Source: Octopus sinensis
Taxonomy: Eukaryota
Length of the DNA stretch: 64,000 nucleotides
Reading direction: 5' to 3'
Assembly: GCF_006345805.1 (NCBI RefSeq)
Contig: NW_021834602.1
Location: 1-64,000, forward strand
Shown here in pieces: positions 11,810-25,341 of the stretch. The stretch's first letter is position 1. Each line of letters opens with the position of its first letter. The notes beneath the pieces were generated by a model. It saw only the letters and a program-made list of their open reading frames with translations. It did no database searches and had not been told where the DNA came from. The position numbers and the translations under genes were made by a program.

Positions 11810-14800
11810 GTAATAATGAAGGGTGAAATTAATTAATTGGAATAATTATCAATTACACCAAGTAGTCTTCGGCATGTAAAAGCCTCATTTGAGGAAAATT
11901 TAAGTAATACTAAGCAATAAGGGTTCAGCAACGAATTGCCTTACCACATACCGAATTTAGAAATAGCAGTCAAAGGTTATAGCTATTTCTTCTACTAAAA
12001 AGGGAGATCTCAGTAAAAACAGCAATTGGAAGGCTGACACAAACAGGTAAGAGAGAATGAATTAACCGCAATCTATCAAACATTTTTAAAGTTATCCACG
12101 GACGTACGTTTCGAAATCAAGTTTTAGGAAAGCATAAGAATTAAAATATTAAATATTAAATAATTCTATCTTACCGAAACTTCTTTCTCTTCAGCGTGGA
12201 ATACTATAATCATAAATGATTATATATTGAATTTTGAGATACTAGGAGGTACCAACTCAACTCAGTATCAGAGCGAGCTAGAATCCTCAACTAGTATCAC
12301 CGAATTCAAATTTGTGAATGAAACGATTGTGTCAACAGCCCCTTCCCACCCGCGTGTAGCCAAAACAAGATGCTGTAGTCATCTACTGAGATAAAATATG
12401 GTTATCCGTAATAATGAAGGGTGAAATTAATTAATTTGGAATAATTATCAATTACACCAAGTAGTCTTCGGCATGTAAAAGCCTCATTTGAGGAAAATTT
12501 AAGTAATACTAAGCAATAAGGGTTCAGCAACGAATTGCCTTACCACATACCGAATTTAGAAATAGCAGTCAAAGGGTTATAGCTATTTCTTCTACTAAAA
12601 AGGGAGATCTCAGTAAAAACAGCAATTGGAAGGCTGACACAACAGGTAAGAGAGATGAATTAACCGCAATCTATCAAACATTTTTAAAGTTATCCACGGA
12701 CGTACGTTTCGAAATCAAGTTTTAGGAAAGCATAAGAATTAAAATATTAAATATTAAATAATTCTATCTTACCGAAACTTCTTTTCTCTTCAGCGTGGAA
12801 TACTATAATCATAAATGATTATATATTGAATTTTGAGATACTAGGAGGTACCAACTCAACTCAGTATCAGAGCGAGCTAGAATCCTCAACTAGTATCACC
12901 GAATTCAAATTTGTGAATGAAACGATTGTGTCAACAGCCCCTTCCCACCCGCGTGTAGCCAAAACAAGATGCTGTAGTCATCTACTGAGATAAAATATGG
13001 TTATCCGTAATAATGAAGGGTGAAATTAATTAATTTGGAATAATTATCAATTACACCAAGTAGTCTTCGGCATGTAAAAGCCTCATTTGAGGAAAATTTA
13101 AGTAATACTAAGCAATAAGGGTTCAGCAACGAATTGCCTTACCACATACCGAATTTAGAAATAGCAGTCAAAGGGTTATAGCTATTTCTTCTACTAAAAA
13201 GGGAGATCTCAGTAAAAACAGCAATTGGAAGGCTGACACAAACAGGTAAGAGAGAATGAATTAACCGCAATCTATCAAACATTTTTAAAGTTATCCACGG
13301 ACGTACGTTTCGAAATCAGTTTTAGGAAAGCATAAGAATTAAAATATTAAATATTAAATAATTCTATCTTACCGAAACTTCTTTTCTCTTCAGCGTGGAA
13401 TACTATAATCATAAATGATTATATATTGAATTTTGAGATACTAGGAGGTACCAACTCAACTCAGTATCAGAGCGAGCTAGAATCCTCAACTAGTATCACC
13501 GAATTCAAATTGTGAATGAAACGATTGTGTCAACAGCCCCTTCCCACCCGCGTGTAGCCAAAACAAGATGCTGTAGTCATCTACTGAGATAAAATATGGT
13601 TATCCGTAATAATGAAGGGTGAAATTAATTAATTTGGAATAATTATCAATTACACCAAGTAGTCTTCGGCATGTAAAAGCCTCATTTGAGGAAAATTTAA
13701 GTAATACTAAGCAATAAGGTTCAGCAACGAATTGCCTTACCACATACCGAATTTAGAAATAGCAGTCAAAGGGTTATAGCTATTTCTTCTACTAAAAAGG
13801 GAGATCTCAGTAAAAACAGCAATTGGAAGGCTGACACAAACAGGTAAGAGAGAATGAATTAACCGCAATCTATCAAACATTTTTAAAGTTATCCACGGAC
13901 GTACGTTTCGAAATCAAGTTTTAGGAAAGCATAAGAATTAAAATATTAAATATTAAATAATTCTATCTTACCGAAACTTCTTTTCTCTTCAGCGTGGAAT
14001 ACTATAATCATAAATGATTATATATTGAATTTTGAGATACTAGGAGGTACCAACTCAACTCAGTATCAGAGCGAGCTAGAATCCTCAACTAGTATCACCG
14101 AATTCAAATTTGTGAATGAAACGATTGTGTCAACAGCCCCTTCCCACCGCGTGTAGCCAAAACAAGATGCTGTAGTCATCTACTGAGATAAAATATGGTT
14201 ATCCGTAATAATGAAGGGTGAAATTAATTAATTTGGAATAATTATCAATTACACCAAGTAGTCTTCGGCATGTAAAAGCCTCATTGAGGAAAATTTAAGT
14301 AATACTAAGCAATAAGGGTTCAGCAACGAATTGCCTTACCACATACCGAATTTAGAAATAGCAGTCAAAGGGTTATAGCTATTTCTTCTACTAAAAAGGG
14401 AGATCTCAGTAAAAACAGCAATTGGAAGGCTGACACAAACAGGTAAGAGAGAATGAATTAACCGCAATCTATCAAACATTTTTAAAGTTATCCACGGACG
14501 TACGTTTCGAAATCAAGTTTTAGGAAAGCATAAGAATTAAAATATTAAATATTAATAATTCTATCTTACCGAAACTTCTTTTCTCTTCAGCGTGGAATAC
14601 TATAATCATAAATGATTATATATTGAATTTTGAGATACTAGGAGGTACCAACTCAACTCAGTATCAGAGCGAGCTAGAATCCTCAACTAGTATCACCGAA
14701 TTCAAATTTTTGATTGAATGAAACGATTGTGTCAACAGCCCCTTCCCACCCGCGTGTAGCCAAAACAAGATGCTGTAGTCATCTACTGAGATAAAATATG

Positions 14801-16177
14801 GTTATCCGTAATAATGAAGGGTGAAATTAATTAATTTGGAATAATTATCAATTACACCAAGTAGTCTTCGGCATGTAAAAGCCTCATTTGAGGAAAATTT
14901 AAGTAATACTAAGCAATAAGGGTTCAGCAACGAATTGCCTTACACCACATACCGAATTTAGAAATAGCAGTCAAAGGGTTATAGCTATTTCTTCTACTAA
15001 AAAGGGAGATCTCAGTAAAAACAGCAATTGGAAGACTGACACAAACAGGTAAGAGAGAATGAATTAACCGCAATCTATCAAACATTTTTAAAGTTATCCA
15101 CGGACGTACGTTTCGAAATCAAGTTTTAGGAAAGCATAAGAATTAAAATATTAAATATTAAATAATTCTATCTTACCGAAACTTCTTTTCTCTTCAGCGT
15201 GGAATACTATAATCATAAATGATTATATATTGAATTTTGAGATACTAGGAGGTACCAACTCAACTCAGTATCAGAGCGAGCTAGAATCCTCAACTAGTAT
15301 CACCGAATTCAAATTTGTGAATGAAACGATTGTGTCAACAGCCCCTTCCCACCCGCGTGTAGCCAAAACAAGATGCTGTAGTCATCTACTGAGATAAAAT
15401 ATGGTTATCCGTAATAATGAAGGGTGAAATTAATTAATTTGGAATAATTATCAATTACACCAAGTAGTCTTCGGCATGTAAAAGCCTCATTTGAGATATA
15501 TACCCTTCTCTTCCATATAAATACATTCGAATGCTTATGGATATTTTGATACACTCACACACAGAAGCGCAGAAACGCACGTACGCATATATAAAAGCGT
15601 ATTTACATAGCTCAGAATATAGATGCATTTACACAAACAGTATGAAACAGCTCCGTATCTACTTAAGTGTATTGCTTGCTTTTCTACATATGCCGATTTA
15701 GCAAGCCTCAGATTTATGGGAGAAAGGGAAAATGAACAGGAGCAATATTTAAGACTTTCCATAAGATTTTATTAGATTACTGGATGTAGTGCTATCTCGT
15801 GATCGAAATTGTCAGCCCATTCCATCCGCCAAGATTTTAGCCAGATGGCATCGTATCTTCCAATGCGATCATACATCTCGTCAAACACACAATCACTCAG
15901 TTGGTTATGTTACAAAAGTATTGAAGTTAAGGGTGCAGACGTGGAAGTGCGGTTAAGAAACTCAATTTGGAACCGAGTTGTTTCAGGTTCAGTCTCAGTA
16001 CGTGGTAACTTAGGCAAGTGTTTTTGTTTTTACTTTAGTTCTGAGCCGGAAGCTATGTGGACCCCGGCCGTGTGTGTGTGTGTCTGTGTGTGGAGGGGGT
16101 GATGCGGACCATACCGGACTGACTTGATGCCTCAAATTTAGTACCTAATTCAACTGAATCTTAATTATTTATATATA

Positions 16178-17230
16178 CACAGGGATTGGACAGAATAATG
16201 GAAACACCTCGAAATTTCAAACAAATTTATTTTAATACGGGGTAAGACCGCCTTTGGCAGTAATTACAGCTTGAATTCTACGAGGTATGGACTCGTACAA
16301 AATTTTGGATTATTTTCAAAGGAATTGTTGTCCATTCTTCAACTAAAACAGTCTCCAGTTCTTGTGGTGATGACGGTGGAAGATACCGTCTTCTTGCTTG
16401 TTTTTCTAAAATGCACCATAAATATTCAATAATATTGAGATCTGGGGACTGCAGTGGCTAGATAAGTTGTTCAACTTCACTAGAATGTTCCTCGTGCCAT
16501 TCACTAACAACTTTAGCTGTGTGAATTGGTGCATTATCATTCTGAAAGATTGCGTTTCCCTGCGGAAACAGTTTTGCAACCATGGGATGAATTTGATCAG
16601 ATAAAATGCTTAAATAGTTTCGACTATTAATTCTGCCATGAAGGGAAACCATTGGGTCGGCGGATTTCCAAGATATAGCCCCAAGATCATCACTTGTGTA
16701 CTCAGCCGGTGGTCGAAATGAGGTAAAGGATGACTCGTCCCAAAAAATAACATTCTTCCTCTGCTCTAGAGTTCAATTCTGTAGGTTTTTACTCCACTCT
16801 AAATGCTTTGCAACGTATGTTTTTGAAAGTAGTGGTTTTCTGATTGCAGTTCTGTGAAACCCGGCTTTATGCAGCACCCGGCGAACAGTTTTTGTGGAAA
16901 CTGGGTCCTCGATGTGGTCATTAAGCTCTGCAATAATTTTGGAAGTTGTACTTTTGTGATCTTTTCTAACAATTCGCGTAAGTGTCCGACGGTCCCTATC
17001 TGAAAGTTTTAGTTTTCTTCCGGAGTTTTGTTTAGATGAGGAGGTTTTTCCCTCTTTCTCAAATGCTATCATTACTTTCGAAGCAGTACTTCTTGATACA
17101 CCAAACTTTTCGGCTGGTTTCATTACGCTAGCACCTGCCATACGAGCACCAACAATTCGACCTCTTTGAAAGTCCGATAGATCTGTCATTTTAAAGAATT
17201 TTAATTACCTTTTTCTGGTGATATCTGAAA
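16178..17230 (-). mobile_element. Tc1-like DNA transposon remnant (internally deleted transposase)
   Basis: ORF 16773-17189 (MTDLSDFQRGRIVGAR...GRKLKLSDRDRRTL) is the paired-like HTH region. 16458-16652 (FQNDNAPIHTAKVV) plus the following SPDLNIIEY is the DDE region. TA-cacaggg terminus at 16178. Confidence 0.9.
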
Positions 17231-17729
17231 AGAAACAGCATTTCGTAGTAGTTTTTTCTTCTTCGGTCACATACTCTAGGCAACGTGGGGCTGCCCTGTC
17301 TAGTATCTGTTACCGAAGAGGAGATAACTATTTCATGATGCTTGCATCTGACAGTCTGAATAGGTGGCACTACCTAGTGTCTGTGACCGAAAAGGAGATA
17401 ACTGTTCCGAAATGCTTGCATCACACAGTCTAGACAGGTGGGGCTGGAACTGATATTGGTGTGTCAACACCATTCTGTCTACAGCGAGAAATTTTCTCCA
17501 TGACAAAACACAGTGAATGGCTTATTTACGAGTCCAAGCGCGCCAATCGCATATTTGAAATGGTAATAACATTACATTTCAAAGTATTTAATAAGTGATA
17601 TTTTTCTGGAGTTAATCTTCATATGATTTCACAGTTAGTAGCTGTAGCATTTGCACTGTTTAGTATTAAATAAATTTTAACTAATATGCAAATTTGAAGT
17701 GAATAAATTTATTACATTTATCGGTGATC

Positions 17730-17998
17730 TTTTACTTGTTTTAGTCATTAGACTGCGGCTATACTGGGGCACCGTCTTGAGAGATATTTTTTAGTCTTGA
17801 GGGATGAATCGACGCCAGCACTTATATATTTTTAAACTATGTCAGTATTCTATTAACCTTTTTGCCGAACTGCTAAGTTACAGGAACGTAAACATACCAA
17901 CGCCAATTCACAAGCGGTGGTGGGGGACAAAGACATACATTCATATACATAACTAACCACATACACACGTTCACATATATCTATCTTTCTCTCTCACT

Positions 17999-18034
<36 letters not shown>

Positions 18035-18035
18035 A

Positions 18036-18108
<73 letters not shown>

Positions 18109-18290
18109 ATACATACGTACGTACGTACACACACGATAGGTTTCTTTCAGTTTACGATTATTAAATCCACTCACAAAGCTTTGTTTGACACGCGGGATAT
18201 AGTAGAAGACACTTGCCTAAGGTACCACACAGTGGAACTGAACCCGGAGCCATGTGGCTGACGAACAAAGTTCTAACCATACAGCCACGC
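17730..18290 (-). mobile_element. Octopus SINE family 1 copy with internal (TA)n
   Basis: Reverse-strand match to the head and tail of the copy at 42342-42775. Confidence 0.75.
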
Positions 18291-18789
18291 CAGCGACTGA
18301 TATGCAAATTTGAAGTGAATGAATTTGTAGCATTTATCGGAGATTTAGTTGTATCTGGAGTGAGGTGGAGTCATTATGCCAATAAGAAACACACGCACTG
18401 ATTCTCTTTCACTTCATTATTCATTAATTCGTTAACTATTTAAAAATCAGTTAGTTAATTGTTTAATAGTTAACTAGTTGACTAATAATGAAGTAGTGAA
18501 ACTGAGTCAGTGTGTATGTTTGTTATTGGTATAATGACCTTCCCGAGACACAACAAAATCTATTTCAACACACGAGTTCACATCAAGAATCATGCCAACC
18601 GAATACAAAAAGAATGTATTCATTTCGTTCGCAATGCCTTCGCATTCGTTGCTCAAAACTTTCTTTTCTTTACAGGAAGAATAAAACCAAAATATTTCAA
18701 ATTTGTGAGGCTTAACACTTAAAGATGAACCAATTGTTGGTTTCTCGTGTTTTTAATTTTTCCAATTTTCCTCTTCCTTTTAATCTGTA

Positions 18790-19420
18790 GCAAAGACAAT
18801 GAAATTTAAAATTTACGTGGATTAGAAAGCATAGTTTGTCAATTTTAATGGTAAAGAAGTTTGTTTATTATGTGACGGAATTGTTGAATCTTCGAATACA
18901 CATTGTTTGCAGTCTGATCACAAGTCCTTAAATAATGGCTACCCTTTTCAACCTCAAACAACAAGGGAGACAATATATAAAGAAAATTTAAGCTATTTGT
19001 CCAAATGTCTGTTTTTACTGGAAGCCTAATAAAATCCACAAGAACCCTTATTGCTTCTTTCAAACTTTCTCCTTTTTCTGTAAAAATAAAACAAAAACAG
19101 TAAATCAAATAATACATTCCAGGATAAGGACTTGTTAAAAGAAACCCTTTGTGGGTGGAATCGATACTGATTTAGCGGATTTTTTTTCCTCAAATGAATG
19201 TGAGTATGTCAGTAAGACAAGATTTACAGTATTCCAAGACGACAGTATTCGTAGAAGAATACACATAATTGCTATTTGATAAGCAGTTTTCGTCAAAGAT
19301 TTCGTAGTAACTGATTAATACATATTATAATTTGACAAGTTAACAGCTCTGTTACAAACAACACATCTGATATTATGATAACAATGGGATTGTAGGAAAT
19401 TCCCAACTGAAGAACTACCG
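18790..19420 (+). pseudogene. Decayed hAT transposase N-terminus (BED-finger region)
   Basis: Hand translation gives FVNFNGKEVCLLCDG, QMSVFTGSLIKSTRTLIASFKLS and SIRRRI, typical of SPIN/Charlie-like hAT proteins. Stops and frameshifts present. Confidence 0.6.
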
Positions 19421-19459
19421 AAAATATTAGTAGTGTTTGAAACGATCGAAAAACAGGTG

Positions 19460-19507
<48 letters not shown>

Positions 19508-19944
19508 CATATTAAAGATTAATAGAAAGACAGCACATTTCAGGAGTCGATGTTCATTTCGTCAATATATTTCCCAACATCGGAATACTTCATAAAATTA
19601 TACGTAAATATAAATATGTAGATACAGTATAAAATATAAAACATAAGTATACCCTCATGACATCGTATGAAATCGTATGTCCGTCTTTGGAAACAATGAG
19701 AAATATATATATGCACGGTCAAAATTGCATTAATCGAAATTATCAAATGAAGGAAAAGGTGGTTCAAAATGATTTTAATAGGAATCCATAGGCAAATTCA
19801 CTGAATGTTCAGATTCATGCGGCCGTTTCAAGATCAGGTGATATAAAATGGGAGAACCAGTTCGATCCATCTCAGTTATTCACATTTCTTTCTTCAGAGA
19901 TGACTTAAGGGAATTTAAAAGATTTTATTTTACATACTCTTACT

Positions 19945-20206
19945 CTTTACTCTTTTACTCTTTTACTTGTTTTACTCATGTGACTGTGGCCATGCTGGAG
20001 CACCGCCTTTAGTCGAGCAAATCGATCCCAGGACTTATTCTTTGTAAGCCTAGTACTTATTCTATCGTTCCCTTTTCCGAACCACTAAGTTACGGGGCGT
20101 AAACACACCAGCATCTGTTGTTAAGCGATGCTGGGGTGACAAACACGGACACACAAACATACACACACACATACATACATATATATATATATCTACACAC
20201 ACACAT

Positions 20207-20265
<59 letters not shown>

Positions 20266-20422
20266 CGACGGGTTTCCTTCAGTTTCCGTCTACCAAATCC
20301 ACTCACAATGCTTTAGTCGGCCCGAGGCTACAGTCGAAGACACTTGCCCAAGGAGCCACGCAATGGGACTGAACTCGGAACTATATGATTTGTAAGCAAG
20401 CTACTTACCACACAGCAACTCC
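19945..20422 (-). mobile_element. Octopus SINE family 1, near full length
   Basis: (tactctt)n tail, ctggagcaccgcctttagtcgagcaaatcga core, and head ending ...cttaccacacagc. Confidence 0.85.
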
Positions 20423-20599
20423 TAATATGTTTTAAAATATTTTAAATTTAAAAAATTTGAATTTTGGAGCGAAAGTACATGCTGTTCAGGCGCCGCACGA
20501 AATAAAATAAATGCTGAATTTTAGTGTTTAAATAGACTGCAAAACGTTTAGCGGTGTTACTATAAGATGAGTCCAAAATATAATAAGGATTGAAGATTA

Positions 20600-21525
20600 A
20601 ATTATATAGTCTGACCGTTTAAAGAGAGAAACATTTGAAAGTTGAGAAAGTTGCTAATGACTTGAACTGCAATATTCGGACAATTGAAAGGATGAAGGAA
20701 CGATACAATGCCACAAACAGCACGGATGATCGTCCACACAGTAGCCGACTTAGGGTTACAACGACACGTCAAGATCGTTCTATCATATTGTATTTCTGTG
20801 GTAGATGGTAGAGCTAAGGTTTGGAGAAAGATGGATGAACGTCATGCCGATGGCTGTGTGGTGGAGAGAGACTCATAGGGAGGACAGAGCATCATGGTAT
20901 GGAGCAGGATTGCACTCAACCAGAAAGTTGGACCGGTGGTCTTCCAAATCAACGGCAAAGGCCGGGGCAATGGAGTAACCGCTGCTCGCTACATCGACCA
21001 AGTCTTGAGGCCTCACTTTGTGCCATACCTTGTCCATGGTCGGATTCACGTGTTCCAACATGACAATGCCCGTGCCCACACTGCCAGGTTAAGAACAAAC
21101 TTTCCAACAGCACAACATCCAGACACTGCCATGTCCTGCCCTAAGTCCGGACTGGAACCCCGTAGACCACCTGTGGGACGAAATCCAAAGAAGGCTAAAT
21201 GACATCTATCCAAGGCCGACAACTGCGGTACAACTCACTGCAACTTCCAACTGTGTGGGCTGCTATCCCCATGGCCTTCATCAATCGTTTAGTGCATTCA
21301 ATGTACAGAAGATGCCTGTCGGTAATCAATGCTAACGGTAGTCACACGAGATATTGAGTTAATCTCTTTGGATCCAGGACGCTCCGTCATCACGAGACAC
21401 CATGTGATGTCAAACATGTTTCAGGAAGTGACATTTTATCATTAGGAAAGAACGGTTTCTTAATTAGCACTCTTCAATCAAATACTATGGCAGTCTGTTA
21501 ATAAACCGTTTTCTATTTAGTATAT
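20600..21525 (+). mobile_element. Tc1-like transposon remnant
   Basis: GVTAARYIDQVLRPHFVP...FQHDNARAHTAR, then SPDWNPVDHLWDEIQRRL and NANGSHTRY* across frameshifts. Confidence 0.88.
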
Positions 21526-21639
21526 GTGTGATGTTTCTTTTGTGGTTCAGTATATATATATATATATATATATATACTCTTTTACTTTTTTCCGTCAGTT
21601 GACTGCGGCCATGTTGGGGCACTACTTGTCTTAAGTCGA

Positions 21640-21985
21640 AGAAATCAATGGAATACATCGACACTGGTGAAGAAGATATACTATTAGCCATAGATGAGGT
21701 GGACGCAAACTCAACTGCTGTTCCCGATGGTTTCCCACCAATCCTCCTCAAATCGTATAAGCGTGTCCTGGCGAAACCACTACAGATTTTCTTGCAGAGT
21801 TTTCTTGTAAATGGCAGACTGTCAAGCAAACTGAAGTAGGGAATAATATACCCAATCCATAAAGGAGGAGACAAAGTAGATGCCAACAACTATAGGCCTA
21901 TCTCTCTGACTTCACACATAAGCAAAGTCGTGGAAGGGATAGTCAGAGGGAAACTAATCGCACTCGTTGAACAAAACGACTTGCT
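21640..21985 (+). pseudogene. Non-LTR retrotransposon reverse transcriptase fragment (CR1/L2/Jockey-like)
   Basis: AVPDGFPPILLK...IIYPIHKGGDKVDANNYRPISLTSHISKVVEGIV, with one in-frame stop. Confidence 0.85.
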
Positions 21986-22145
21986 GGAGCACCGCCTTTA
22001 GTCGAACAAATCGATCCCAGGACTTATTCTTTGTAAGCCTAGTACTTATTCTTTCGGTCTTTGTAGCCGAACCACTAAGTTACGGGAACGTAAACACACC
22101 AGCATCGGTTGTCAAGCGATGTTGGGGGGACAAGCAGACACACAA

Positions 22146-22176
<31 letters not shown>

Positions 22177-22368
22177 CATATATACGACGGGCTTCTTTCA
22201 GTCTCCTTCTACCAAATCCACTCACAAGGCTTTGGTCGGCCCGAGGCTATAGTAGAAGACACTTGCCCAAGATGCCACGCAATGGGATTGGACCCAGAAC
22301 CATGTGGTTGGTAACCACGCTACTTACCACACAGCCACTCCTGCACCTATATCCACTCCTGCGCCTAT
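21985..22368 (-). mobile_element. Octopus SINE family 1 copy
   Basis: Same core and head as the other family 1 copies. Confidence 0.85.
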
Positions 22369-22519
22369 GTAAACAATTGTAAAGACTTGTAAACAATTGA
22401 AAAAAGAAAAACCCTGTACGAAATTGTTTTGCGAAAAATCAAAAACCAAACTGAGATATACTATAAGATATCATAAAATATTGGGAAAAGGAAAAATTAG
22501 CAATCAATTATTATGGCGA

Positions 22520-22857
22520 AAATTCAAAAGCAAAGTTTGAGATACTCTCTAAGCGTCCATAAAGCGAATTACAATTTTCGTATCTTCTGCGCCGCATTAA
22601 CTTGCAAAGACACAAGTCGACTGCAGAACGGTGGGTCAAAAAGTGTTGTTTATTCACTCATTTTAGGCAGGCCTATTTGCTTTGAACTTGTTGCGTGTGG
22701 GTCTCTTTTTTCGAATTAATAAACTCAACGCTGTAGTTCACCGTTTTATGTCAAAAATTATATCTATCAATTTCCGGAATGAGAAAATAGGCCCTCTACA
22801 AGGCACTGAAAATTGTTGTTCCTGGAAGATCCGAATGCAGCATGCATTCCTCTTGAG
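22520..22857 (-). pseudogene. Merlin (ISXO2/IS1016-like DDE) transposase, C-terminal part
   Basis: Hand translation gives LPGTTIFSAL*RAY, HKTVNYSVEFINSKKETHTQQVQSK and LCKLMRRRR, matching the Merlin PGTTIxSDxWRAY / HxTVNHS / HTQxIE motifs. Confidence 0.75.
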
Positions 22858-25341
22858 CAGGGATGTCCAACCTTTCTTGCTTTTGGGCCGATTATACATT
22901 TATGTACTTAGATATAAACTTTTTAAAAGTTCAAAATATAGTAAATAAAGTTTTTTAATAACAAATATAAATCCAAAATAATGTGCTATTGTAAAAAATG
23001 AAATCACACACAAAATAAAATGAAAATGATTTTTGGCATTGCTTTCCTTTAATGATATTCTCAATATGTGCTTTTATGGTGATATTCTTTACTCTAAGAA
23101 TGTTAGTTAAATGACAGTCACTCAGCCTATTTCTTTCAGCAGTTTTTATGTTTTTCATGCACGAAAAGACTTGTTCACAGCAGTATGTACTACACCACAT
23201 GCACAATAGTTTTCTAGCTAAATTGTCAATCCCATCAAATTTATTGAAAGAATGCAATTTCTTGTAAAAGTCAAGAAGGGTATGTTCTCTATGGTAAGTT
23301 TTCAAAGAATCCTTACTTTGATGTTCAATGAGTTCTAGCTAGTATTTGGCTGGTGCTTCAACATAAATAAATGAAAATGGATCACTCAACAATTTTAGTT
23401 CAGTTTCTATCTTTATGAAGTCAGAAAATCTGGTTGAAATATCTTCTAACAAGGCTTCACATAATTTAGTGTACTTTTCAAATTTGACAGGAAATTCTTC
23501 TTGTCATTTAGATAAATTCTAAGAATGCACAATTTCTCCACCCTGCAATTAGATTATGAAAAGTTCAAATTTCATAGTAAAACTTGTTATTTGCTGAAAC
23601 ATTGAACAACATAATTGGTCTTTTCCTTGTAAATGCAAATTAAGTTCAGCTAACATTTCAGTGATACCTGCTAAGGAGGACAGGTTATTCAACATTCTTC
23701 ATTTGCTAAAATATCCACATTTTGCTTTTTGTTTTGCATGAACTGTTTTATTTCAGGCAACAATAACTGAAATCTATTCAAGGTTGCTGCTTGACTGAGT
23801 CATCTGACTTTTGAGAAATAAATAGCGTCTTCATATTCACTGCCAACTTCTACCAAGTATGCTTTGAATGAACGATGGTCCAAGCCCCGAGATCTGATAA
23901 AATTAAAAACGTTCACAATATCTGTCATCAAGTGTTTCATATTTAATTTTTTAGGACATAATTACTGTTGACGAATCAAGTAAAGATAGCTAAGTACATC
24001 ATGATCAACCATTTATTTGAATAAAGTAATAAACCCATTATTTTACAAGTTAATGCAGGAGCACCATGAGTTGTAATTTTATTTCTATCAACATTGAGCT
24101 TTTCTAATAATAAATTAACATGCTCAATTATGCTCCTACCAGCTGTTGTACCTTTCATATGACATACGCCCAACATTCTTTCAATTCCTCTGATGAAAAT
24201 AACCAATTGTGGAGTGTCACTTTGATCAGTACATACGTCTAATGCTAAACTGTAATGAACACATTTAAATAATTGAGTCTGAAATATACCCATAATGCAA
24301 TATACCCATAATGCAGTATACCCATAATATACCCATAATGCTGTCAGCTAAATCATCAATTCTACCAATTGTCTGATGCGACAGACTTGTTTCACTGAAG
24401 AAGTTCACCTTCTCGGGACAGGATTCATTAAAAACAATTACAATACATTCTTTTATTAATTCACCATCTATTGGTGGCTTTTCCTTCTGAGCCAATTTTT
24501 CAGCTATAAATAACTAACTTTTGCCATGTACCAGTTTTCTCAACATGTTTTTTGAAATTGTTTTGTTGTGAACTAAGCTTCTTCTTCAATTCATCTATTT
24601 TCATTTTCCTTCTTTCTCCGTATAATTCATTATATTGTGACTCATGTTTGGCAGCATAGTGACACTTAATATTATATTCCTTGCATACAGCAATTTTATC
24701 ATTACATACGAGGTAGATAATATTATTGCGTGTTTCAATTACGAAATATTTTTCTGTCCATAGGATTCTGAATTTTTTCTTTCCGTCTGTTATTTTCCTC
24801 TTCTTAGTATCAGATGCCATGGCCAAACAATGAGCTATTAAAATTAACAATTGAAATTATTACGTAATCATGCTGATATTAATATTCCAAAAATCAGAAA
24901 CAAATAAAGAATAAATAGGCTCTTCCGCATAAAGTATTAGCATTAGACGAGAGACACTGAAGTAACACTGAAGTCACTGTCACTTGACTTTATAAACAAG
25001 GTTAGGAGATAACACAATCAATATCGATCCGACTGCAAAAGATTTGAAACTGAAACAATGGCTGTTAATTATGTATCAACAAAATGGCTGACTGTACGAC
25101 GTAGAATCAGCCATTCGAGGTCATGAATCCCATGGCCTCCCTCATTTTACCTCCCTCTATTGATGTTTTCATTGGTCCGTTCAAAATAGCACTCTCCGGG
25201 AACAATTTTCTTATCATACATTATCAAAGTAAATGAAAATATAACTAGAAAATAACAAATAGAAATAGAATTTGAATCGCCACTGGTCCTCATGAAAATA
25301 TTAAGTGAGTCACAACGCGGTCCGTGAGTTGGACATCCCTG
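22858..25341 (-). mobile_element. Full-length decayed hAT transposon (SPIN/Charlie, GTF2IRD2-like transposase), 2484 bp
   Basis: 14-bp TIRs cagggatgtccaac (22858-22871) and gttggacatccctg (25328-25341). 8-bp TSD-like flanks ctcttgag/ttctagag (6/8 match). ORF fragments include KKRKITD...WTEKYF...CKEYNIKCHY, YSLALDVCTDQSDTPQLVIFIRG and CCEQVFSCMKNIK...RNRLSDCHL. Confidence 0.92.

Larger units (their letters stand above)
6841..15495 (-). mobile_element. Family B tandem array: 14 near-identical ~600-bp non-coding units, each with a type I hammerhead ribozyme; retrozyme-like
   Basis: The tccacggacgtacgtttc motif starts at 7027, 7623, 8224, 8825, 9423, 10020, 10619, 11218, 12095, 12693, 13294, 13892, 14491 and 15097. 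Flanked by TA repeats on both sides. No ORF >=60 aa. Confidence 0.9.

Noticed and set aside
6841-15495. Array B as a CRISPR array or a plain centromeric satellite
   Set aside because: Units are identical end to end with no unique spacers, and the context is eukaryotic. The complete HHR, fixed 3' end and dispersed inverted fragment argue against a simple satellite.
19860-19910. CTGAAGA on the - strand (also near 34265, 41025, 50630, 54835)
   Set aside because: No correctly placed GAAA, helix III or helix I. 54825-54845 is only a short palindrome.
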